From the NCBI RefSeq assembly GCF_009914755.1, contig NC_060938.1: a stretch of 64,000 bases of DNA; one strand, given 5' to 3'. The notes beneath the pieces were generated by a model that was not told where the DNA came from, searched no databases, and worked only from the letters and a program-made list of their open reading frames with translations. The DNA comes from the human T2T-CHM13v2.0 reference genome, Homo sapiens. Shown here one piece after another: positions 52,572 through 63,498 of this stretch. Position numbers and translations under genes: made by a program. How positions within the stretch are numbered: the first letter of the stretch is position 1; each line of letters starts with the position of its first letter.

Positions 52572-55500
52572 AATGGAGTGGAGTGGAGTGCAGTGAAGTG
52601 GAGTGCAGGGGAGTGGAATGGAGTGGAAAGGAGTGGAATGGAATGGAGTGGAGAGGAATGGAAAGAAATGGAATGTAACGGAATATAATGGAACGGAATG
52701 GATTGGAACGGAATGGAACAGAGAGGAGTGGAGAAGAGTGGAGTTGAGTGGAGTGGATAGGAGTGCAGTGGAATGGAAGGGAAAGGAATGGAATGGAATG
52801 GAATGGAATGGAATGGAATGGAATGTAGTGCAGTGCAGTTGAATTGAGTGGATTGGAGTGCAGTGGAATGGAATGGAGTGGAGTCTAGTGGATTGGAGTG
52901 GAATGGAATGGAGTGGAGTGTGGTGGAATGGAATGGAACAGAATGGAAAGGAATGGAAAGGAATTGAATGGTGAAACGAAATGTCAGCTAAGATTATGCC
53001 ACTGAACTCCTATATGGGTGACAGAGTGAGATGCAGTCAAAATAAAGGAATGGAATGGAATGGAGTAGAATGGAATTGAATGTAATGGAGTGGAATGGAA
53101 TGGAGTGGAATGGAGTGGATTGGATTGGAAAGGAGTGGAGTGTAATGGAGTGGAATGGAATGGAGTGGAATGGAGAGGAATGGAATGGAGTGGAATGGAA
53201 TAGAGTGGAATGGAGTGTATTGGAGTGGAGTGTAATCGAGTGGAGTGGAATGGAGTGGAATGGAATGAAATGGACTGCAATGGAATGCAGTGGAATGGAA
53301 TGGAATTGAATGGAGTGGAATGCAATGGAATGGAAAGGAGTGGAGTGGAGTGGAATGGAATGGAGGGGAATGGAATGGAGTGGAATGGAATGGAATGGAG
53401 TGGAATGGAACGGAGTGGCGTGGAGTGGAGTGGCGTGGAATGGAGTGGAATTGAGTGAAATGGAGTGGAGTGAAGTGGAATGGAGTGGAGTAGAATGGAG
53501 TGGAGTGGAGTGGAATGGAGTGGGGTGAAATGGAATGCAATGGAGTGGAATGGAGTGGAATGAATTGGAATGGAATGGAATGGAATGGAATGAAGTGGAA
53601 TTGAATGGAGTGGAATGGAATTTAGTGGAGTGTAGCAATGTGGAGTGCAGTGTAGAGGAGTGGAGTGAAGTGGAGTGGAATGGAGAGCAATGGAGTGAAA
53701 CGGATTGGAATTGATTGGAGTGCATGAGAATGGAATGAAGTGGAACATAACAGAATGGAACAGAAAGTAACGGAATGGAAAGGAGTGTAGTGGAGTGTAG
53801 TGGAGTTGAGTAGAGTGGTTCGGAGTGCAATCAAATGGAATGGAATAGAATGGAAAGGATTTTAGTGGAGTGGAGTGGAGTGAAATGGAATGAAGGGGAG
53901 TGGAATGGAATTAAATTTAACAGAATTCAATGGAATATAACGAAATGGATAGGATCAGAACGGAACAGAGCGGAGTGGAGTTGAGTGGAGTGGATCGGAG
54001 TGCAGTGGAAAGGAATGGAATAGAATGGAATGGAATGCAGTGGAGTGGAATGGAATGAAGTGGAATGGAGTTGAGTGGAGTGGATAGGAGTGCAGTGGAA
54101 AGGAATGGAAGAGAATGGAATGGAATGGAATGCAGTGGACTGGAATGGAATGGAGTGGAGTGGAGTGCAGTGGAATCGAGTGGAGTGGAGTGGAATGGAG
54201 TAGAATGGAATGGAGTGGAGTGTAGTGGAATGGAATGGAATGGTGAAATGAAATGTCAGCTAAGATTGTGCAACTGCATTCCAGTCTGGGTGACAAAGTG
54301 AGATCCAGTCGAAGTAAAGGAATGGAATGGAATACAGTAAAATGGAATGGAATGGTGTGGAGTGGAATGGAACGGAGAGGAATGGAGTGGAGTGGAGTGG
54401 AGTGGAGTGGAGTGGAATGGAGTGGAGTGGAATGGAGAGTGATGGAGAGGAATGGAATGGAATGGAATGGAATGGAGTGGAATGGAATGGAATGGAGTGG
54501 AATGGAATGGACTGTAGAGGAGTGGAGTGGATTGGAGTGGAGTGGAATGGAGTGGAATAGAGTGAAATTTAGTGGAGTGTAATGGAGTGGAGTGGAGTGC
54601 AGTTGAGTGGCATGGATCAGTGTGCAGTGGAATGGAATGGAATGGAGTGGAGGGGAGTGGAGTGGAATCGAATGGAATGGCATGGAGTGGAGTGGAATGG
54701 AGTGGATTGGAATTGAATGCAGTGGAATGGAATGCAACAGAGTGGAGTGGAGTGCAGTGCAGTGGAGTGGAGTGGAATGGAATGGAGTGGAGTAAAATGG
54801 TTTGGAATGGAGTGGGGTGGAATGGAGTGGGTTGGAATGGAGTGGAGTGGAGTAGAACGGAGTGGATTGGGGTGGAATGGAATAGAGTGGAATGGAATGG
54901 AGTGGAGTGGAGTGGTGTGGAGTAGAGTGGAATGGAATGGAATGGAATGGAATGGAATGGAATGGAGTGTAGTGGAGTGGAATGGTGTGGAGTGGAGTGG
55001 AGTGGAATGGTGTGGAGTGGAATAGAATGGAGTGTAGTGGAGTGATGTGGACTGCAATGGAATGAAAGGGATTGGAATGGAATGGAATGAAACGGAATGG
55101 AATCGAATCGAATGGAATGGAAAGAAACAGAAAGGAACTGAGTGGAGTGGACAGCAATGAAGTGGAGTTAAGTGGAGTGGTTCAGAGTGGAGTGGAATGG
55201 AATGGAATGGAATGTAAAGGAACGGAATGGAAAGAAACAACAGAACTAAGTGGAGTGGAGTGGAATGCAGTGGAGTTGAGTGGAGTGGTTCAGAGTGGAG
55301 TGGAATGGAATGGAATGGAATGGATTGCAATGGAATGGAGTGGAGTGGAATGGAATGGAGTGGAGTGGTGTGGGGTAGAGTGGAAAGGGATGGAATGGAA
55401 TGGAATGGAGTGTAGTGGAGTAGAATGGATTGTAGTGGAGTGGTGTGTAATGGTTTGGAGTGGAATGGAATGAAGTGTAGTGTAGTGGAGTGGAGTGTAA

Positions 55501-55938
55501 TGGAGTGGAATGGATTGGAATGGAATGGAAATGAATGGAGTGGACTGGAATGTAATGGAGCAGAATGGAATTGAATGGAGTGTACTGGAGTGGAGTCGAG
55601 TGGACTGTAATGGAATGGAAATGAGAGAAATGTAGTGGAGTGGTATGGATTGTAGTGGAATAGAAAGGAGTGGAATGGAATGGAATGGAACGGAATGCAA
55701 CGGAATTGAATGGAATGGAGTGGAGTGGAATGGATTAGAGTGGAGCTGAGTGGAGTGGATTGTAGTGCAGTGGAATGGAATGGAATGGAAAAGAGTGGTG
55801 TGGGATACAGTGGAGTGGAATGGAGTGGAGTAGAGTGGAGTGGAATGAATTGGAATGGAATGGAGTGGAGTGGAGTGGAATGGAATGGAATGGAACGGTA
55901 TGGAATGGAATGGAACGCAACGGTGTGGAAAGGAATGG
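52572..55938 (+). repeat. HOR copy 5, internally deleted variant (~3.37 kb; islands A and B only)
   Basis: Islands at A 52971 and B 54243. The B-spacer is joined directly to G-spacer sequence at ~54910. Confidence 0.9.
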
Positions 55939-58900
55939 AATGGAGTGGAGTGGAGTGCAGTGAAGTGGAGTGCAGGGGAGTGGAATGGAGTGGAAAGGAG
56001 TGGAATGGAATGGAGTGGAGTGGAATGGAAAGAAATGGAATGTAACGGAATATAATGGAACGGAATGGATTGGAACGGAATGGAACAGAGAGGAGTGGAG
56101 AAGAGTGGAGTTGAGTGGAGTGGATAGGAGTGCAGTGGAATGGAATGGAAAGGAATGGAATGGAATGGAATGGAATGGAATGGAATGGAATGGAATGGAA
56201 TGGAATGTAGTGCAGTGCAGTTGAATTGAGTGGATTGGAGTGCAGTGGAATGGAATGGAGTGGAGTCTAGTGGATTGGAGTGGAATGGAATGGAGTGGAG
56301 TGTGGTGGAATGGAACAGAATGGAAAGGAATTGAAAGGAATTGAATGGTGAAACGAAATGTCAGCTAAGATTATGCCACTGAACTCCTATATGGGTGACA
56401 GAGTGAGATGCAGTCAAAATAAAGGAATGGAATGGAATGGAGTAGAATGGAATTGAATGTAATGGAGTGGAATGGAATGGAGTGGAATGGAGTGGATTGG
56501 ATTGGAAAGGAGTGGAGTGTAATGGAGTGGAATGGAATGGAGTGGAATGGAGAGGAATGGAATGGAGTGGAATGGAATAGAGTGGAATGGAGTGTATTGG
56601 AGTGGAGTGTAATCGAGTGGAGTGGAATGGAGTGGAATGGAGTGAAATGGACTGCAATGGAATGCAGTGGAATGGAATGGAGTAGAATGGAATGGTATTG
56701 AATGGAGTGGAATGCAATGGAATGGAAATGAGTGGAGTGGAGTGGAATGGAATGGAGGGGAATGGAATGGAGTGGAATGGAATGGAATGGAGTGGAATGG
56801 AACGGAGTGGCGTGGAGTGGAGTGGCGTGGAATGGAGTGGAATTGAGTGAAATGGAGTGGAGTGAAGTGGAATGGAGTGGAGTAGAATGGAGTGGAGTGG
56901 AGTGGAATGGAGTGGGGTGAAATGGAATGCAATGGAGTGGAATGGAGTGGAATGAATTGGAATGGAATGAAGTGGAATTGAATGGAGTGGAATGGAATTT
57001 AGTGGAGTGTAGCAATGTGGAGTGCAGTGTAGAGGAGTGGAGTGAAGTGGAGTGGAATGGAGAGCAATGGAGTGAAACGGATTGGAATTGATTGGAGTGC
57101 ATGAGAATGCAATGAAGTGGAATATAACAGAATGGAACAGAAAGTAACGGAATGGAAAGTAGTGTATTGGAGTGTAGTGGAGTTGAGTAGAGTGGTTCGG
57201 AGTGCAATCAAATGGAATGGAATAGAATGGAAAGGATTTTAGTGGAGTGGAGTGGAGTGGAATGGAATGAAGGGGAGTGGAATGGAATTAAATTTAACAG
57301 AATTCAATGGAATATAACGAAATGGATAGGATCAGAACGGAACAGAGCGGAGTGGAGTTGAGTGGAGTGGATCGGAGTGCAGTGGAAAGGAATGGAATAG
57401 AATGGAATGGAATGCAGTGGAGTGGAATGGAATGGAGTGGAATGGAGTTGAGTGGAGTGGATAGGAGTGCAGTGGAAAGGAATGGAAGAGAATGGAATGG
57501 AATGGAATGCAGTGGACTGGAATGGAATGGAGTGGAGTGGAGTGCAGTGGAATCGAGTGGAGTGGAGTGGAATGGAGTAGAATGGAATGGAGTGGAGTGT
57601 AGTGGAATGGAATGGAATGGTGAAATGAAATGTCAGCTAAGATTGTGCAACTGCATTCCAGTCTGGGTGACAAAGTGAGATCCAGTCGAAGTAAAGGAAT
57701 GGAATGGAATAGAGTAAAATGGAATGGAATGGTGTGGAGTGGAATGGAATGGAGAGGAATGGAGTGGAGTGGAGTGGAGTGGAATGGAGTGGAGTGGAAT
57801 GCAGAGTGATGGAGAGGAATGGAATGGAATGGAATGGAATGGAATGGAATGGAGTGGAATGGAATGGAATGGAGTGGAATGGAATGGACTGTAGAGGAGT
57901 GGAGTGGATTGGAGTGGAGTGGAATGGAGTGGAATAGAGTGAAATTTAGTGGAGTGTAATGGAGTGGAGTGGAGTGCAGTTGAGTGGCATGGATCAGTGT
58001 GCAGTGGAATGGAATGGAATGGAGTGGAGTGGAGTGGAGTGGAATCGAATGGAATGGCATGGAGTGGAGTGGAATGGAGTGGATTGGAATTGAATGCAGT
58101 GGAATGGAATGCAATGGAGTGGAGTGGAGTGCAGTGGAGTGGAGTGGAGGGGAATGGAATGGAGTGGAGTAAAATGGTTTGGAATGGAGTGGGGTGGAAT
58201 GGAGTGGGTTGGAATGGAGTGGAGTGGAGTAGAACGGAGTGGATTGGGGTGGAATGGAATAGAGTGGAATGGAATGGAGTGGAGTGGAGTAGAACGGAGT
58301 GGATTGGGGTGGAATGGAATAGAGTGGAATGGAATGGAGTGGACTGGAGTAGAACGGAGTGGATTGGAGTGGAATGGAATACAGTAGAGTGGAATGCAGT
58401 GGAGTGGAATGGAATGGAGTGGAGTGGCATGGAAAGGAATGGAGAGGAATGGAATGGAATGGAATGGAATGGAATGGAATGGAATGGAATGGAATGGAAT
58501 GGAACGGAACGGTGAAATAAAATGTGAGTTAAGATTGTGCCACTGCATTGCAGTCTGGGGGAAAGAGTGAGGTACAGTCGAAATAAAGGAATGGAAGGGA
58601 CTGGAGTAGAATGGAATGGAATTGAGTGGAGTGGAATGGAATGAAGTGGAGAGGAATGGAATGGAGTGGAATGCAATGGAGGGGAATTCAATGGAGTGAA
58701 ATGGAATGGAATATAAGGGAAAAAAGGGATTGAAATGGTATGGAGCGAAGTGGAATGTAATGGAGTGGAGTGGAGTGGAATGGAGTGGAATGGAGTGGAA
58801 ATTAATGGAGTGGAGTGCAATGGAGTGCACTGGAGTTGTACGGAATGGAGTGGAGTGGAATGGAATGGAGTGGAGTGGAGTGGAGCGTAGGGTAGTGGAG

Positions 58901-61900
58901 TGGAGTGGAATGGAAAGGAATGGAGTGTTGTGGAATGGGGTGTAGTGGACTTTAGAGGAATGGAATGGTGAAATGAAATGTGAGTTAAGATTGTGACATT
59001 GCACTCCATTCTGGGTGACAGAGTGAGATCCAGTCGAAATAAAGGAATGGAACGGAATGGAGAAAAATGGAATGGAATGGAGTGGAGAGGAATGGAATGG
59101 AGTGGAATGGAGTGGTGTGGAGTGGAATGCAGTGGAGTGGAATGGAGTAGAGCAGAATGGAGTGGAGTGGAATGGAATGATATGGAATGGAATGGAGTGG
59201 AATGGAGTGAAGTGGAGTGAAATGCAGTTTAGTGTAATGGAGTGGAGTAGAATGGAGTGGAATGGAGTGGAATGGAATGGAATGGAAAAGAGCGGAATGG
59301 ATAGGAGTGGAATGGAGTGGAGTGTATTGGAATGGAGTGGAATGGAACAGAAAGGGATGGAACGGAAAGGAACAAAATGGAACAGAGTGAAACTGAGTGG
59401 AGTGGAATAGCGTGCAGTGGATTGGAGTGCAGTGAAATGGAATGGAATGGAATGGATAGGAGTGTAGTGGAGTATAGTGGAGTGGAATGGAGTGGAAAGA
59501 AATGGAGTGGAGTTGAGTGGAATGGAATGGAATGGAAAGAATGGGAACGGAGTGGAGTGCAGTGGAGTGTAGGGGAGTGGACTTGAGCAGAGTGGATCAG
59601 AGTGCAGTGGAATGAAATGCAACGCAATGGAATGGAATGGAATGGAATGGTGAAATAAAATGTGAGCAAAGATTGAGCCACTGCACTCCAGTCTGGGTGA
59701 CAGAGTGAGTTCCCGTCGAAATAAAAGAATGGAACGGAATGGAGGAGAATGGAATGGAATGGAGTGGAGTTGAATGGAATGGAGTGAAATGGAGTGTAGT
59801 GGAGTGGAATGGAGTGTTGTGGAAAGGAGTGGAGTGGAATGGAGTGGAATGGAATGGAATGGAATAGAGAGGAATGGAATGGAATAGAATGGAATGGAGT
59901 GGAGTGGAACCCAGTACGGTGCAAAGGAGGGGAACGGAGTGAAATGGAATGGAATGGAATGGAGTGGAATCGAATGGAATGGAGTGGAATGGAATGCAAT
60001 GGAGTGGAGTGGAGTAGAATGGAGTGAAATGGAATGGAATGGAATGCAGTGGAATTGAATGCAGAGGAATGGAGTGGAGTGGAGTGGAATGGAGTGGAGT
60101 GGAGAGGAATGGAATGCTGTGGAGTGGAGTGCAGTGGAATGGGGTGGATTGGAATTTAATGGAGTGGAATGGAGTGAAATGGAGTGGAGTGGAATGGAAT
60201 GGAATGGAGTAAAGTTGAATGGAACAGAGTGAAGTGGAGGGGAGTGGAGTGGAGTGGAGTGGAATGGAGTGGAGTGGAATGGAGTGGGGTGGAATGGAGT
60301 GGAGTGGAATGGAATGGAATGGAATGGAATGGAATGGAATGGAATGGAATAGTGAAATGAAATGTGAGCTAAGATTCTGCAACTGCACTACAGTCTGGGT
60401 GACAAAGTTTGATCCAGTCAAAATAAAGGAATGGAAAGTTATGGAGTAAAATGAAATGGAATGGGTTGGAGTGAAATGGAATGGAGTGGAATGGAGTGGA
60501 GTGGAGTGGAATGGAGTGAAATGGAGTGGAGTGGAATGGAGTGGAGTGGAGTTTAATGGAATGGAATGCAGTGGAAAGGGAGGGAATGGAGTGGAGTGTA
60601 ATGGAGTGGAATGCAGTGGAGTGCAATGGAATGGAGTGGAATGTTGTGAAATGGAGTGGAGTGGAATTGAATGGATTGGAATGGAATGGAGCAGAATGGA
60701 AGAGAATGGAAAGGAGTGGGGTGGAGTGGAGTGGAGTTCATTGGAGTGGATCGGAGTGCACTTGAATTGAATGGAATGAAATGGACTGGAATGGAGTGTA
60801 GTGAGTGGAGAGGAGTTTGGTGGAATTGAGTGGAATTGACTGGAGTTGTGAGGAGTTGTGTGGAGTGGAGTGGAATGGAGTGGAATGGAAGGGAGTGGAG
60901 TGGAATGGAATGGAATGGAACGGTATGGAATTGAATGGAAGAGAATGGAGTGGAACAGAAGAGAATGGGGTGGAGTGGAGTGGAGTTGAGAGGAGTGGGT
61001 CACAGTGCAGTGGAATGGAATGGAATTTGATGGATTGGAATGGAATGTAGTGGAGAGGAATGGAATGGAATAGAATGGAGTGGAGTGGAATGAAATGGAG
61101 TGGAGTGGAGTGGAGTGTAGGGGAGTGGAACGGAGTGGTGTGGAATGGAGGGGAATGGAGGGGAATGGAATGGAATGGAGTGGACTGGAAAGGAATGGAT
61201 TGGAATGGAATGGAGTAAAGTGTATTGGAGAGGAGTCGAGTAAAATGGAGTGGAATGGAGGGAAATGGAGTGGAGTGATATGGAGGGGAGAGGAATGGAA
61301 TGGAGTGGAATGGAATGAAACAGAATGGAACGGAATGGAACGGAGTGGAGTGGAGTGGAATGGAGGGGAGTTGAGTGGAGTGAAACCGAGTGCAGTGGAA
61401 TAGAATGGAATGGAAAGGAATGGAGTGGAGTGAAGTAGAGTGCAGTGGAGTGGTGGGGATTTGAGTGCAATGGTGTGAAATGGAATGGAGTGGAGTGGAG
61501 TGGAATGAAATGGAATGTAACGGAATGGAATGGAATGAAATGAAATGAAATGGAATGGAAAAGAATGGAACGGAGTGGAGTGGAGTGGAGAGGAGTTGAG
61601 TGGAGTGGATCGGAGTGCAGTGGAATGGAATGGAATGCAACTGGATGGAAAGGAATGGGGTGGAGTGGAATGGAATGGAAGGAAGTAGAGTGGTATAGAA
61701 TGGAATGGAGTGAAGTGGAATGGAATGGAGTGGAGTAGAATGGAATGCAGTGGAATGGAATGGAATGGAAGGGAATGGTGAAATGAAATGTGAGCTAAAA
61801 TTGTGCCACTGCACTCCTTTCTCGGTGACAGAGGGAGATTCATTTGAAATAAAGGGCTGGAATGCAATGGAGTAGAATCGGAAGGAAAGGAGTGGAGTGG

Positions 61901-63498
61901 AATGGCATGGAGTGGAATGAAGTGGAGTGGAGTGGAATGGAGTGGAGTGGAATGGAGAGGAGTGGAATGGAGAGCAATGGAGTGGAATGGAATGGAATGG
62001 AGTGGAATGGAATGGAATGGAATGGAATGGAGTGGAATGGAATGGAGTGGAATGGAGTGGAGTGGAGATGAGTGGAGTAGAATGGAGTGGAGTGCAATGG
62101 AGGGGTACGGAGAGCAATGGAATGGAATGTAATGGAGTGAAATGGAATGGAATGGAGTGGAATGAAATTGAGTGGAGCAGAGTGGAGTGGAGTGGAGTGA
62201 AGTGGATTGGAGTGGAATGGAGTGGAATGGACTGTAATGGAATGGAGAGAATTGGAATGAAATGGAACGGAATGGAATTGAATGTAACGGAATGGAAAGA
62301 AACAGAAAGGAACTGAGTGGAGTGGACTGGAATGCAGTGGAGTTGAGTGGAGTGGTTCATAGTGGAGTGCAGTGGAATGGAATGGAATGGAATGGATTGG
62401 AATGGAATGGAGTGTAGTGGAGTGGTGTGGAGTAGAGTGGAATGGAATGGAATGGAATGGATTGGAATGGAATGGAGTGTAGTGGAGTGGTGTGGAGTAG
62501 AGTGGAATGGAATGGAATGGAGTGTAGTGGAGTGGAATGGTGTGGAGTGGAGTGGAGTGGAATGGTGTGGAGTGGAATAGAATGGAGTGTAGTGGAGTGA
62601 TGTGGACTGCAATGGAATGAAGGGGATTGGAATGGAATGGAATGAAACGGAATGGAATGGAATCGAATGGAATGGAAAGAAACAGAAAGGAACTGAGTGG
62701 AGTGGACAGCAATGAAGTGGAGTTAAGTGGAGTGGTTCAGAGTGGAGTGGAATGGAATGGAATGGAATGTAAAGGAACGGAATGGAAAGAAACAACAGAA
62801 CTAAGTGGAGTGGAGTGGAATGCAGTGGAGTTGAGTGGAGTGGTTCAGAGTGGAGTGGAATGGAATGGAATGGAATGGATTGCAATGGAATGGAGTGGAG
62901 TGGAATGGAATGGAGTGGAGTGGTGTGGGGTAGAGTGGAAAGGGATGGAATGGAATGGAATGGAGTGTAGTGGAGTAGAATGGATTGTAGTGGAGTGGTG
63001 TGTAATGGTTTGGAGTGGAATGGAATGAAGTGTAGTGTAGTGGAGTGGAGTGTAATGGAGTGGAATGGATTGGAATGGAATGGAAATGAATGGAGTGGAC
63101 TGGAATGTAATGGAGCAGAATGGAATTGAATGGAGTGTACTGGAGTGGAGTCGAGTGGACTGTAATGGAATGGAAATGAGAGAAATGTAGTGGAGTGGTA
63201 TGGATTGTAGTGGAATAGAAAGGAGTGGAATGGAATGGAATGGAACGGAATGCAACGGAATTGAATGGAATGGAGTGGAGTGGAATGGATTAGAGTGGAG
63301 CTGAGTGGAGTGGATTGTAGTGCAGTGGAATGGAATGGAATGGAAAAGAGTGGTGTGGGATACAGTGGAGTGGAATGGAGTGGAGTAGAGTGGAGTGGAA
63401 TGAATTGGAATGGAATGGAGTGGAGTGGAGTGGAATGGAATGGAATGGAATGGAACGGTATGGAATGGAATGGAACGCAACGGTGTGGAAAGGAATGG
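55939..63498 (+). repeat. HOR copy 6 (~7.56 kb)
   Basis: Islands at A 56348, B 57620, C 58512, D 58968, E 59650, F 60352, G 61778. Confidence 0.9.

Noticed and set aside
3822-61853. Non-repetitive peptide snippets in ORFs (e.g. LTLSPRLECSGTILAH, SHSVTQTGVQWHNLSS)
   Set aside because: These are the familiar antisense-Alu translation artefacts, not protein domains.
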